Source: an uncultured Eubacteriaceae bacterium
Lineage (GTDB): Bacteria > Bacillota > Clostridia > Eubacteriales > Alkalibacteraceae
Assembly (NCBI GenBank): GCA_964582705.1
Contig: CAZOTE010000002.1
Location: forward strand, 1-63,315
Reading direction: 5' to 3'
Length of the DNA: 63,315 nucleotides
Under the pieces are notes generated by a model, which was not told the DNA's origin, searched no databases, and was given only the letters and a program-made list of their open reading frames with translations. The translations under genes were made by a program, and so were the position numbers. Below, one piece after another: positions 19,296-29,746 of this stretch. Position 1 is the first letter of the stretch, and each line of letters starts with the position of its first letter.

Positions 19296-21248
19296 TCAGA
19301 AGCCGCGTCCGCCGGTTCCGCCTCCACCGCCTCCGCCGCCTCCGACGCTAAACCCACCGCCTCCTCCGGATCCGGAAGAATGCTGTGTCATTGCAGATTG
19401 GACTGCGTTTCTGGTAACTGTGTCAAGAGATGTGTTAAGTGCGCTAAAGGCGTAAAATCCTGCGTAACCGTATCCTCCTCTTAAGTAAGTCAAATTCGGA
19501 TCGCTAAAGTCTGAATCTTTCAATACTACCTTCATTGTCTCTATAACCTTATCTGCAACTCCCAATGACACGGCGTAAACCAGATAATGCTCCCATAATA
19601 TGATGGACGGAACTACTGCGTCCTCAATTTTACTAAAATCAGTCAAAAAATCCTTGAATGCTTTCCATTTTACGAAGTCTTCATTGCCGCTTTTGCTCCT
19701 TCTTTTAATCCTGATGGAAAATATAACGATTAGGATTCCTAAAGGAACATTTATCAATGTCAATAAGACTCCCCATACGGCACCTGCAACGCCTAGGATA
19801 ATGCCACTGATTCCTAAAAGAACTCCCATGATGGCTCCATAAACTGCTTTATCGTCAAAGAAATCGCAACCCTGGGCTTTGCCTTCAATTATGGTCTTCC
19901 ATATATCATAGTCATCATAAAATGCCAAAGCGTTTTTTTTGTTCTTGGAATACTCTTCGATATCGTCAAAAGTAACAGATTTTCCGTTTCCAATTTTGCC
20001 GATCAACCAATCCTTAAGGTGTGCTTCCTCTCTGGTAAGGTCTCTGCGCAAATTATCGGAATTATCTGTTATGGTATAAACATCTTCCATTTTGCTTCCA
20101 AAAATCAGTCTTTTTTTCTCCACCTTTTCATAAGTCAAAGTGAAAGCCTTATTTCTAATCATATTTAGAATAGTCGCAGTCAAATCCCTAGGAGATATTT
20201 TTTTGAAGTTGTAATTATAGCTCATGACAGCAGGCCCGTAATCTGCAGGCAGCTCCCTGTAATATTTACCATAAAAATCCGCCTTGAATTCTTTATCGTA
20301 TTTAAAATATATAAAGATTGTCCCTGCTGCCATGAAGATAAACCAACCTATGCCTAAAACGCTCAACGCTGTTTTTATTGCTCTGGCCCTGTCACGCTGG
20401 GCATTTGCTTCATCTGCTCGCGCCTGCTCGACTCTCAGTATTTCATCCAGTGCATCTATATTTGTTTCTTTAACGACACCTGATAAAACTTCAGTTGAAA
20501 AAACAAATCTTGCATCTACCGCTTCGCCAGGATGCACTCTGTCTATCTGAAGCTTTGCCTGGTTATTGTCAACCAGCTCACTGACGCCTGTCAAAGGGCC
20601 ATGAGCAAATATCCTTAATTCATCACTCCCGGTAGGCAAGTACAAATCTATCTCTAGATTGTTAATTGTGTCTTCCCAGCCTGTGCCGATAAAATTCCAG
20701 TATACCTCACCAACGTCATTGTGCAACACGGCGACATTTGAGAGGGTGTACTCAATTACCAGTGTCTTTATACTGCCATATGTGGGAGAAAATATTTTAA
20801 GTTCGGCTCTTTGATCGTCTACACTAAGCTCGTATACTCGCTCATCCCCAGGAATGCCGCTGCCTATGCCTATTTGTGTATACTCCTCTAAATTGCTTGG
20901 AGTCAATGGACTTCCCGGATCAATCAGCCTTGACACCCTGATATCAGATATCTCATGGGCATTATACAGCCCCGAGCTTCCCTCCAAGTCACCCAGGCTT
21001 CCCGTTATCGGCTTTTCTCCTCCTGAGGAGTATTCCAAATCCCAAATTTGGCCATTAAAGCTGCCATCGTATGTAATCGCCTCTGTTACCTTCATCGATC
21101 CATCCTGCTGGATATAAGCATCGATCTTATATCCGGCGATGTCAAAATCCACATTTGATACGGCTGCTTTTACCGGAGATGTCATAACTAATGCCAGTAA
21201 TAATAAGGCCGTAAAAAACTTTAATCTACTGCGATTAAAAAGTAACAT
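19296..21248 (-). CDS. DUF2207 family membrane protein
   Basis: Signal peptide, [29 protein letters not shown], Gly-rich C-terminus; follows lemA; exact start uncertain. Confidence 0.88.
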   Translation of the reverse strand: MLLFNRSRLKFFTALLLLALVMTSPVKAAVSNVDFDIAGYKIDAYIQQDGSMKVTEAITYDGSFNGQIWDLEYSSGGEKPITGSLGDLEGSSGLYNAHEISDIRVSRLIDPGSPLTPSNLEEYTQIGIGSGIPGDERVYELSVDDQRAELKIFSPTYGSIKTLVIEYTLSNVAVLHNDVGEVYWNFIGTGWEDTINNLEIDLYLPTGSDELRIFAHGPLTGVSELVDNNQAKLQIDRVHPGEAVDARFVFSTEVLSGVVKETNIDALDEILRVEQARADEANAQRDRARAIKTALSVLGIGWFIFMAAGTIFIYFKYDKEFKADFYGKYYRELPADYGPAVMSYNYNFKKISPRDLTATILNMIRNKAFTLTYEKVEKKRLIFGSKMEDVYTITDNSDNLRRDLTREEAHLKDWLIGKIGNGKSVTFDDIEEYSKNKKNALAFYDDYDIWKTIIEGKAQGCDFFDDKAVYGAIMGVLLGISGIILGVAGAVWGVLLTLINVPLGILIVIFSIRIKRRSKSGNEDFVKWKAFKDFLTDFSKIEDAVVPSIILWEHYLVYAVSLGVADKVIETMKVVLKDSDFSDPNLTYLRGGYGYAGFYAFSALNTSLDTVTRNAVQSAMTQHSSGSGGGGGFSVGGGGGGGGGTGGRGF

Positions 21249-21783
21249 TGGGGTTTTCCCTTGAACTTTCTTCGATTTCAAAAAATTTCTCAGATTTAAA
21301 GTTAAACATGTTAGCCACTATATTGCTTGGGAACATCTGAACCTTGTTGTTGAACATCAATACAGTATCGTTGTAAAACTGTCTTGCAAAACCTATCTTG
21401 TCCTCTGTTTTGGAAAGCTCATCCTGTAAACTCAAGAAGTTTTGATTTGCCTTAAGATCAGGATAACTCTCAGCCAACGCAAACAACCTGGACAAAGCAG
21501 ATGTAAGCTGGTTGTTGCTTTCCATCTCTTCAGTAGGAGTTGTAGCTTGAGTGAATTTATTCCTTGCACTGATTACAGCATCCAATGTTTCCTTTTCGTG
21601 GGAAGCATATCCTTTAACCGTGTTCACGAGATTCGGTATGAGGTCGAACCTCCTCTTTAATTGCACATCTATTTGCGCCCATGAATCCTTAACCCTATTT
21701 CTCAGGGATATTAAAGAGTTGTATATTCCCGCTACAGCCAGCGCCAAAACAATGATTAATCCTCCAATAACATACCAATGCAT
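21235..21783 (-). CDS. lemA: LemA family protein
   Basis: [36 protein letters not shown]. Confidence 0.95.
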   Translation of the reverse strand: MHWYVIGGLIIVLALAVAGIYNSLISLRNRVKDSWAQIDVQLKRRFDLIPNLVNTVKGYASHEKETLDAVISARNKFTQATTPTEEMESNNQLTSALSRLFALAESYPDLKANQNFLSLQDELSKTEDKIGFARQFYNDTVLMFNNKVQMFPSNIVANMFNFKSEKFFEIEESSRENPNVTF

Positions 21784-21798
21784 TTTTCTTCTCTCCTT

Positions 21799-22419
21799 TT
21801 AATCGAAATATGGTTCCATGCCTTCATTTTCGTAAAACTTCTGCATCATCTCAAGCTGTTCCCTTGTTATTCTTGGACTTGACAGCTCCGGCAAGTCGTC
21901 CAGGCCGTAATATCCAACATCTAGAGTTTCCATCCCCGGTTCTTCAATTCCACCGGTTTTTTTGCATAGCATAAAAATAGTGTACAAATAATAAATCGAT
22001 TTTGGATGTCCATGCTTGCTTTTGTCCAATACACCCAGAAGTTTTACAGCCTCTACGTCTATTCCCGCTTCTTCCTTGGTCTCCTTGACTGCTATTTGGG
22101 AAGGAGTATACCCAACATCGCAAAAGCCTCCTGGCAACGTCCACAGCCCATCTACTTTTTCTTTAACCATCAAAAATTTTCCTTCATCATTGAATATCAC
22201 GCTTCTAAGGTCGACTTTTGGCGTAACATACAGGGTTTCGCTGTGCAAAGCTAAGCTTATCTTTTGAGGATCTTCAGTGCTTAATCTTGATATTATGCTA
22301 ACAGTCGCATCCATGATTTGATTATATCTGTCAATCTCATATTCATTATTGACATAATGCAGCCCTGTTTTCGCATAGGCTTGAATTTGCATCGCTAGTT
22401 CAAATATGTCGTTTTTCAT
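21799..22419 (-). CDS. NUDIX hydrolase with N-terminal helical domain
   Basis: YVTPKVDLR, LPGGFCDVGYTPSQIAVKETKEEAG Nudix box. Confidence 0.9.
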   Translation of the reverse strand: MKNDIFELAMQIQAYAKTGLHYVNNEYEIDRYNQIMDATVSIISRLSTEDPQKISLALHSETLYVTPKVDLRSVIFNDEGKFLMVKEKVDGLWTLPGGFCDVGYTPSQIAVKETKEEAGIDVEAVKLLGVLDKSKHGHPKSIYYLYTIFMLCKKTGGIEEPGMETLDVGYYGLDDLPELSSPRITREQLEMMQKFYENEGMEPYFD

Positions 22420-22431
22420 TATACGCTCCTT

Positions 22432-22800
22432 TTACTTGTTTAAAATGTTTGAGAATCTAAAATAATAATCGTCTATAATATTGTGTATCAAGGCTATTAT
22501 GTATGAAGAATTGTAAATCTTTCTCTTCTGCATTTTATACCTTATACCGGGAACTCCAGAAGTATATTGCTTATATAAAGGAAAAGCCAATGAAAATTCC
22601 TTTATGTTGATCTTTCTGGGAGTTGGTATGCTGCAGGAGTTTTCATGGAACCTTGCATTGCTGATTTCCACCTCGTCTCCTTTTACCTTGGCATTAAACC
22701 AATAGTTGCTGTCGTAATTTATTGAAAACAGCTTGTAATCCTGATCGTTATTTTCAATGTGTTCCAGTATTTTCATCCATTCTTCCGTATAAAGCTTCAC
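22432..22800 (-). CDS. Hypothetical protein
   Basis: 122-aa ORF, GTG start with GGGGG RBS, tightly packed between neighbours. Confidence 0.65.
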   Translation of the reverse strand: MKLYTEEWMKILEHIENNDQDYKLFSINYDSNYWFNAKVKGDEVEISNARFHENSCSIPTPRKINIKEFSLAFPLYKQYTSGVPGIRYKMQKRKIYNSSYIIALIHNIIDDYYFRFSNILNK

Positions 22801-22814
22801 GTGATGACCCCCCT

Positions 22815-23624
22815 TTATTTCTCGATAATCGTTTTTGATAAAAAATTAGAATCAGTTCGATACACAGTATGAATATCTGCAGATATTACAAAAATTAGAA
22901 CGTACAGTTCTTTCTCGGTGAAATACCTCCCATACATCCTCCCGTATGATTCGACTATTGGAAAATCTTTGCCCGAATAATTCTTCGGACTGCCATATTG
23001 CAAATACGCTCTTTTAAATTCCTTTTTGTGATGCTCTGGACTGTTCGAGATTATCTCGGCATCGAATACGGTCCAATCATCATAACCTGCAACTTCCATA
23101 CCCGAAGTTTCTTTCTTCACTATAAATTCGGCTACCGGATTTTTGGCTCCCAAGCTTCTTAACACCAATACCTCCAGGTCATATACTGGTATCATTTTGA
23201 TCCTCTCGATATCCCATTCACCCTTTTGATCGTGTAGAATCATTGGGGTATCCTTCCCCTTTATTATATAACATCCATAAAAAGAATTGAAATACTTACT
23301 TTGAGAATCGTACAACAACGAGCTTCCCTTTTTAAATGCCCCAAAGTTGTATCTAATGCTCATCTCTGCATCTGTTTTGAGAATTTTAGAAATATCTGAA
23401 TCATTGTATGTAATGACAAATGGATACCAGTCCTTCTCCCAGGTAGAGAGACCACCGGGAATTATTACGTCTATATTTTCTTTGACAAATAGAGACTCTC
23501 GATTCTGTTGAAAACTGTAAACGCTCATAATAAATAAACTTCTGATAAACGCGAACTGAAAAAACAAGCTCCCAGCGGCAACTGCAATGGAAATGATAGC
23601 GATAATCCTTTTAAGCTTTTTCAT
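22815..23624 (-). CDS. Hypothetical membrane-anchored extracytoplasmic protein
   Basis: MKKLKRII start with AAGGTG RBS overlapping the dprA stop, single N-terminal TM, aromatic-rich. Confidence 0.7.
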   Translation of the reverse strand: MKKLKRIIAIISIAVAAGSLFFQFAFIRSLFIMSVYSFQQNRESLFVKENIDVIIPGGLSTWEKDWYPFVITYNDSDISKILKTDAEMSIRYNFGAFKKGSSLLYDSQSKYFNSFYGCYIIKGKDTPMILHDQKGEWDIERIKMIPVYDLEVLVLRSLGAKNPVAEFIVKKETSGMEVAGYDDWTVFDAEIISNSPEHHKKEFKRAYLQYGSPKNYSGKDFPIVESYGRMYGRYFTEKELYVLIFVISADIHTVYRTDSNFLSKTIIEK

Positions 23625-24495
23625 GTATAAACACCTTAAAATCATCCTCGCTGCTAATCGGTATGATTTTGTGTTTGCAACTGCCAAGCAGCATCAAATT
23701 ACCCTTTCGCTGCGGTATTTTCATTAGCCCATACACGGCAACTCCTACCGGTTTTGATTGTTGCAATGTGAAATTTACTGTATGCATGGTGCCCCCCGTT
23801 ACGCCTGATTCTACGACAAATACCTTTTCACTCAAACAAGCTTGAAGCTTGTCTCTAGAAATAAATTTATAATTTTCAACGCCTTCATCCGGATGATACT
23901 CGCTTAGTAGGAGCCCTCCCTTATCGAGTATGGCTTCAGCAAGTCCTTTGTTATCCTTCGGATATATCCTGTTTATCCCACCGGGAAGTACCGCAACCGT
24001 CATCCCATTAGTCTCAACAGCACCTATGTGCGCACAAGTATCGCAACCGGCAGCAAGGCCGCTTACTACTCCGATACCCTCACCAGCAGATACCCTGCCG
24101 TAGTCACAGGCTGTGCTTCTTCCCTGACGGGTGGGATTTCTAGTTCCTATAATTCCCACAAGCTTGTCTTTTAGAATTTCTCGATTCCCTTTTAAATACA
24201 AAACCGAAGGGGATGCTTCGATTATTGAGAACTTATCCGGATATTCATCATCGACAAAGCTGCAAATCTCTACATCATTTTTCAGACATGAGTCGATAAT
24301 GTCGTCTTTCATTCTTATAGCCCTAGTGATAGCTTCAGAATCAATATTAAAATTTCTGATCATCTGGATAAATTTAATTAAATCCTTAAAAGCAGCACTA
24401 TCAAAATCGCTAAAAAAATTATAGGCATGCCTTATCGTCGCGCTTCCTATTCTATCAATTTGGCTCAATGTTAATATCTTTTCAGTTACATCCAT
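23611..24495 (-). CDS. dprA: DNA-processing protein DprA/Smf family (short form)
   Basis: YPDK..PSVLYLKG, GIIGTR, VSGLAAGCDTCAH, LLSEY, RDKLQA, GGTMHT. Confidence 0.88.
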   Translation of the reverse strand: MDVTEKILTLSQIDRIGSATIRHAYNFFSDFDSAAFKDLIKFIQMIRNFNIDSEAITRAIRMKDDIIDSCLKNDVEICSFVDDEYPDKFSIIEASPSVLYLKGNREILKDKLVGIIGTRNPTRQGRSTACDYGRVSAGEGIGVVSGLAAGCDTCAHIGAVETNGMTVAVLPGGINRIYPKDNKGLAEAILDKGGLLLSEYHPDEGVENYKFISRDKLQACLSEKVFVVESGVTGGTMHTVNFTLQQSKPVGVAVYGLMKIPQRKGNLMLLGSCKHKIIPISSEDDFKVFIHEKA

Positions 24496-24581
24496 TTTCA
24501 TCCTCCATTTTCAGCAGGATTATGTATCTCTTATCATTATACCAAAAAAGAACCTTTTAGGTTCCCTTTTGTGGATATAGT

Positions 24582-25457
24582 TTATTCCTTGCTAAAATAC
24601 CCGGCTACATAATAATCTTCAGGTATGCCATAGTTTTTGGCGCTTTCGTTTGCTATGGTCCACTTACCGTTGTAGCTGTAATTATTCATTATAAGATCAG
24701 TATACAGCATGGCGATCCCTGCATCCAGCATGTCGTGCTCGTGGTTTATGCTCTCCTGTGTTTTTATGGTCAGATAAATTTTTTTATCCTTGATAAAATA
24801 CCTCCATGGCTGCCTGTTTAAAGTGGATGGTGCTAGCCTCACATAGAAGAACACACTGTCCAAGCCCAAGTTCTTAAGCTCATCGGCAGTTGGATTGTAT
24901 CCCCACTTATCAAGATATACTATTTCCTCTGGCTTTAACCTGGCAGAAGTATTGTCATCCACTACTTTCAGATTCGCCTGGGAATAATTATCTCCTGTAT
25001 GAAGGGGATTTATGACCTTCTTATCTCTTTTTTTGTAACCCACTGCTATCAGTGCTGAAGCTTCCCTTGAATCCTCTATGCCTAGTGCCTGTTTAACCAA
25101 CGCGCCATCTTCTGGAATATTAAGCCAGCAAGTGTCTATTGATTTTGACTCAAGATCCAGCATTATATTCTCAGCATAATAGCCCGTCTGTATCTGGTGG
25201 TTTTTCACTTCGTTACTTAAAAACAATATGTATTGGGGTGCTTCTATCATCAAACCGTTATAGCCTGCTATTCCGTTTAGAAGCTTCGATATTTTTTTGC
25301 CATCTTCAAGTATTACAGCCTTCATATTTGTGCTGCAAACCAATTCGTATTTTGGCTTGCAGGAATCTATAGACCCCTGTAAGGTTTCAACAGGCACTTT
25401 TTTGTCTTTAAAGTCCCTTACCGATTTTCTTTCTAGCATGACTTTGCGGATATCCAT
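24582..25457 (-). CDS. Nitroreductase family protein (two domains)
   Basis: RKSVRDF, LAPSTLNRQPW, DAGIAM motifs. Confidence 0.85.
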   Translation of the reverse strand: MDIRKVMLERKSVRDFKDKKVPVETLQGSIDSCKPKYELVCSTNMKAVILEDGKKISKLLNGIAGYNGLMIEAPQYILFLSNEVKNHQIQTGYYAENIMLDLESKSIDTCWLNIPEDGALVKQALGIEDSREASALIAVGYKKRDKKVINPLHTGDNYSQANLKVVDDNTSARLKPEEIVYLDKWGYNPTADELKNLGLDSVFFYVRLAPSTLNRQPWRYFIKDKKIYLTIKTQESINHEHDMLDAGIAMLYTDLIMNNYSYNGKWTIANESAKNYGIPEDYYVAGYFSKE

Positions 25458-25505
25458 AAATACCACCCTCTCAATTGTTTGATCTTTAAATTATGTTTAT
25501 AACTT

Positions 25506-25533
25506 TATACCCTTATTCGCTTTTGATAAATCA
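25506..25533 (-). promoter_or_regulatory. Candidate sigma-B promoter (nitroreductase)
   Basis: Minus strand TGATT-N16-GGGTATA. Confidence 0.5.
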
Positions 25534-25541
25534 ATAAACCT

Positions 25542-26756
25542 TTATTGATTGAACATTACATTCTCATTTTCAAATAGCACCTTGATCAAATACACCAAGG
25601 CAACGCCCACCATGAGCGAAACCCCAATATTCAAAGCCAAACCCAGGACAGTCATCTCAAAGCTCAAGACGCTTTTTAATGCTACGATGCTTCCGTAAAC
25701 AGGTATTGCGTACTCAAAGAGCTCTGGGGATTGCATTGAATACATATTACTGAACGCTGCTATCATTACCATGAAATATATAGGCATCAGGTAAGTGCCC
25801 GCTTCCTTGACATTTTTTGCAATAACAGAAGCAGCGCTGATCATTCCGACAAAAATTACCTCCATGGATATCAGTATTCCCAATATCATAAGATAATCCA
25901 CTGCTCCGTAGTTCACATAATCCGTTATATTCATGCCCATTTCCCCTGAAAATGATCCAGCCAGCAGAGGCAGTGCTATGATAATTCCCACAAGGGAAGA
26001 TAGCGCGCTTAAAAATGCCAGTATCCCCAAACTTATTACCTTTCCGAATGCTATTACTTCTCTCTTTACTGGAGTCATCAGCAATGTAGCCATAGTGCCT
26101 CTTTCCTTTTCTCCTGCGATAGAGTCCGGTCCTAATGACATTGCTCCGGCAAACAAGAAAATGGTAATCAGCATGGGGAGCAGCATCGACAGAAGTCTTC
26201 CTGAAGCCCTCTTGTCATCTACTATCACCTGTTCTGGGTTGTTCATGTTAAGCTCAAATATACTAGCGTAAGCTTCATCTCCCATTCTGATTCCCAGCAT
26301 TTGGTTTTCGTATTGAGTGAGTATGTCTCTGACCATGTAGAAAGCTGAAGACGAGTAATCCTCACTTGAATTGTGATACGTGTTTACATAAGGAGCAGCC
26401 ATCGAGGTGTAGCTCGTGACTTTTTCTTCAAAATCAGGATCAAACTCAATCATTACCTCGATGTCTCCCGACCTAATATTTTCCTTAATATCTTCCATTT
26501 CGTCCCTTTGGACAATGGTGACTTGCGAACCGGTTGCTCTGATCGCATCCACCACATCTTCAGGTGCCTCTACAGCAACTATTCTGGAAGTATGTGCTTC
26601 AATATCCTCCATCATCCCGCTGGCACCCATGCCTATGATGCCGTAAAGAACCACTAGCATGATAGGAGGAAGAATCAACGTTGTAAATATCAGCCTTTTA
26701 TCCGTGAAAACTCTCTTTAGCTCTTTTTTTATTATTACTCCAACCATCTCAAGCAT
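25542..26756 (-). CDS. natB: ABC exporter permease, NatB-like
   Basis: KKELKRVFTDKR, SIAGEKERGTMATLLMTPV. Confidence 0.8.
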   Translation of the reverse strand: MLEMVGVIIKKELKRVFTDKRLIFTTLILPPIMLVVLYGIIGMGASGMMEDIEAHTSRIVAVEAPEDVVDAIRATGSQVTIVQRDEMEDIKENIRSGDIEVMIEFDPDFEEKVTSYTSMAAPYVNTYHNSSEDYSSSAFYMVRDILTQYENQMLGIRMGDEAYASIFELNMNNPEQVIVDDKRASGRLLSMLLPMLITIFLFAGAMSLGPDSIAGEKERGTMATLLMTPVKREVIAFGKVISLGILAFLSALSSLVGIIIALPLLAGSFSGEMGMNITDYVNYGAVDYLMILGILISMEVIFVGMISAASVIAKNVKEAGTYLMPIYFMVMIAAFSNMYSMQSPELFEYAIPVYGSIVALKSVLSFEMTVLGLALNIGVSLMVGVALVYLIKVLFENENVMFNQ

Positions 26757-27534
26757 TTGTTATACCTCCTGAAGCTTGGTCGAAATAGAGCTTGAAGAAT
26801 GCATCTTCAAGATTTTTCCGTCCCGTGTTCCTGCAAATTTCTTCAGCAGTTCCTTCAATACTTAGTTTTCCGTTGAGCATTATTGCAATCTTGTCGCAAA
26901 GCTTTTCTGCCACGTTCATTATGTGCGTCGATATTATAACGGTTTTACCCGCTTCTTTCATCTCCAGAAGATAATCGGTAACGCTCTTGGCAGTAATAAT
27001 ATCCAGTCCATTTGTAGGCTCGTCGAATATTATCACCTTGGGATCATGAACAAGGCTGACAGCGATGGACAGCTTCTGCTTCATCCCTGTGGATAATTCT
27101 CCTATTGCCATGTTTTCAAAATCCGAAACATCAAACCTCTTGAAAAGTTCTTCTTTCCTTCTATAAATCGCTCCAGTATCCATTCCATGCAGCTTTCCGA
27201 AATACTCGATGGTATAAGCAGGCGTAAAATGAGTATCCAGTTTTAATTCATTTGTCAAAAAGCAAATCTCTTTTCTGACTTTTTCAGGATTCGATGCAAC
27301 AGTTATCCCTTCAACGTTTATTTCTCCTTCTGTAGGCTTGATTAGCGTTGATATACATCTTAACGTAGTTGTTTTGCCTGCTCCGTTGGGGCCTAGAAGC
27401 CCGAAGATTTGACCTTTTTCGGCTTTAAAGGATAGACCATCTACAGCAATTTTTTCTCTTTGCTTGGTTTTTTCTTTCTTCATATCTTTTTTGCTGAGTC
27501 TGAAAATTTTTTTTAGATTTTTCACTTCGACCAT
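26749..27534 (-). CDS. natA: ABC ATP-binding protein, NatA-like
   Basis: GPNGAGKTT, LSTGMKQK, FDEPTNGLD, STH. Confidence 0.82.
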   Translation of the reverse strand: MVEVKNLKKIFRLSKKDMKKEKTKQREKIAVDGLSFKAEKGQIFGLLGPNGAGKTTTLRCISTLIKPTEGEINVEGITVASNPEKVRKEICFLTNELKLDTHFTPAYTIEYFGKLHGMDTGAIYRRKEELFKRFDVSDFENMAIGELSTGMKQKLSIAVSLVHDPKVIIFDEPTNGLDIITAKSVTDYLLEMKEAGKTVIISTHIMNVAEKLCDKIAIMLNGKLSIEGTAEEICRNTGRKNLEDAFFKLYFDQASGGITNA

Positions 27535-27625
27535 ATTACCGCCTCCTAGCTTCCATATACAATGATAACAGCATTTTAAAAATCCTTAAACCTGAACAGC
27601 ATATTTTAATGGATTTTTAATATAT

Positions 27626-27650
27626 AAAAAACCTCCAATTGAATCGGAGG
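27626..27650 (-). terminator. Intrinsic terminator after cbiB
   Basis: Minus strand CCTCCGATTCAATTGGAGG-TTTTTT. Confidence 0.7.
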
Positions 27651-27652
27651 CA

Positions 27653-28606
27653 TCATAACCAAAATATAAATAATGATAATATCGATACAAATAAAAAAGA
27701 AGCGACATACATCATTTTTATTGTTTTATGGATATCACCAGTTTCGGCGTTTTTTCTTTCATCGCCTATTGTAGGCTTGTATACAGGTACGCCCCAATAG
27801 TCGTGAGTCCCGCCTAACTTTATGTTCAAAGCCCCTGCAACCGCGCTTTCAGACCAAGCTGAATTTGGACTCTTGTGATTGCCGTGATCTCGAGTGAGTA
27901 TATGCCAAGCATTTTTACAGTCGTATCTTAAAATATAAGCAGCTATGACCATCAATGCTCCACAGATTCTTGCAGGGAGGTAATTTAACAAGTCATCAGC
28001 CTTAGCTGAAGCTTTTCCAATATATTCGTATTTTTCATTTCTATAACCCACCATGGAATCAAGAGTGCTGACGGCCTTAAAGACCATAGCTCCAATCGGG
28101 CCTAAAAGCAAGATATAAAACATGGGTGATATTACCCCATCAGTAGTGTTTTCAGCAATGGTTTCTATTGTCGCCTTTACTACCTCTTCCTCAGACAGAT
28201 TCTCCGTATCCCTGCCAACAATATTAGACACTCTTTTTCTTCCTCGCTCCAGAGACTTTGCCAATTCATCTTTAACCTGAATTCCTTCAAAATGAAGCGA
28301 TCTGATAGATAAGGTTGTATATGTTAAGAACACCTTTGCTCCAAATCCTAAAGAGGGATTTATCGACTTTGAAATGCTAAGAATAAACCAAGTTATCCCG
28401 GCAGTAAATAATGCTGTATCTAAAAGCAAGGCGACACCCGCTAAAGTCTCCATTTTTTTACCTTTAAAATGCTTTCGTATAAGTTTTTCCTCAAAACTTA
28501 TGAACTTGCCCATTATCCTGACTGGATGGTAAAACCAATAAGGATCGCCTATCATAAAATCCAGCATTAGAGCGAGTATCAAGATAATAATGTTCTCTTT
28601 TATCAT
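27653..28606 (-). CDS. cbiB: Adenosylcobinamide-phosphate synthase
   Basis: GDP..HPV, IVGRDT, AENTTDG, TLDSMVGY, SPNSAW. Confidence 0.95.
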   Translation of the reverse strand: MIKENIIILILALMLDFMIGDPYWFYHPVRIMGKFISFEEKLIRKHFKGKKMETLAGVALLLDTALFTAGITWFILSISKSINPSLGFGAKVFLTYTTLSIRSLHFEGIQVKDELAKSLERGRKRVSNIVGRDTENLSEEEVVKATIETIAENTTDGVISPMFYILLLGPIGAMVFKAVSTLDSMVGYRNEKYEYIGKASAKADDLLNYLPARICGALMVIAAYILRYDCKNAWHILTRDHGNHKSPNSAWSESAVAGALNIKLGGTHDYWGVPVYKPTIGDERKNAETGDIHKTIKMMYVASFLFVSILSLFIFWL

Positions 28607-29694
28607 GTCGTCCTCCGAATAGGATTTGACAATATTGTTTCTAAATACTCCACCAGCATGGAATTTTCTTTTTCACTTTTGACCCCAACCCTAAAGTACC
28701 TATCCCCTAGACACTGGTAGTTGAAACAGTTTCTTATAAGGATATTTTTTTCTTTCAGCATCATTTCGATATAATCGAGGCTCACTTCTTCATCATTTAT
28801 TTTTACCAAAAGATAGTTGGCCTTAGAATCAAGCGCTGTAAAACCAAGTCGAGAAATATCACTTGATAATTTCCTTCTTAGCAGTCTGTTCATTACCGCT
28901 GACTCATTTGCAAAAGCCTTCAAAGAAGGCAAAGCTCTGCTCGCACCTACAGCTTGAGCAGACAGAGACCATGGCATCATGTAGCTTTCATATTTTTTTA
29001 TCATATTTTCACAAGCCAATACATAGCCGAGCCTAACTCCCGGTATGGCAAACATTTTTGTGAATGATCCCGTTATGACCAATGAAGAGTACTTATCAAT
29101 CAAATCTCTCGCTGAACTCTCCTCGCAATAGTCTATAAATGCTTCGTCCAGCACCACTACTGCTCCGGACTTTTCGCTGCAATCCAATATTTCCAAAAGA
29201 ATTCTTCTTTCGACTATGTTTCCAAGAGGATTAGACGGAGAGCATATGAAAATCATCCCTTTTTTCGTTATTTCTTTTTTTATCCCATCGACATCCCATA
29301 TGATTTCGTCCTTTTGAAACATGGGTATATGAACTGTATCAGCTCCTGATTTCAAAGCAAGTCTTTTATATTCTGCAAATGAGGGTTCAATTATAATTGC
29401 CTTAGTCGGTCTCTCATGTTCTACTACCAGCTGAAGTGCCCCTATCCCTCCATTTGTGGGCAAGACTTTGCTAATATCACATCCCAGAAAATCTGCTATA
29501 TTCTCTTTTGCCTCCCTCATCTTTTGGTCTGGATAAAAACCTATTTCGCTTATAGATTTTTCAATTTCCTGCAACATCCTATCCGGAGCGCCTAGAGGAT
29601 TGAGATTGGCTGAAAAATCAATCCAATTGGAAGGATTTTTCCCTTGCCATACATCTCCTCCATGGCAAAAGCTTTTCGTCGTCACTGTCGTCAC
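28603..29694 (-). CDS. cobD: L-threonine-O-3-phosphate decarboxylase (PLP class I/II)
   Basis: HGG, DFSANLNPLG, DEAFID, SFTKMFAIPGVRLGY; next to cbiB. Confidence 0.85.
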   Translation of the reverse strand: MTTVTTKSFCHGGDVWQGKNPSNWIDFSANLNPLGAPDRMLQEIEKSISEIGFYPDQKMREAKENIADFLGCDISKVLPTNGGIGALQLVVEHERPTKAIIIEPSFAEYKRLALKSGADTVHIPMFQKDEIIWDVDGIKKEITKKGMIFICSPSNPLGNIVERRILLEILDCSEKSGAVVVLDEAFIDYCEESSARDLIDKYSSLVITGSFTKMFAIPGVRLGYVLACENMIKKYESYMMPWSLSAQAVGASRALPSLKAFANESAVMNRLLRRKLSSDISRLGFTALDSKANYLLVKINDEEVSLDYIEMMLKEKNILIRNCFNYQCLGDRYFRVGVKSEKENSMLVEYLETILSNPIRRTT

Positions 29695-29746
29695 CTCTCA
29701 AAATGTTTTTGTCAAATCAATCTTATCTTCAGCTTACTGTTTCTAT

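Noticed and set aside
19296-19375. GC-rich CCG/CCT low-complexity repeat and the antisense poly-Pro ORF 19243-19455
   Set aside because: Explained by the Gly-rich C-terminal tail typical of DUF2207 proteins
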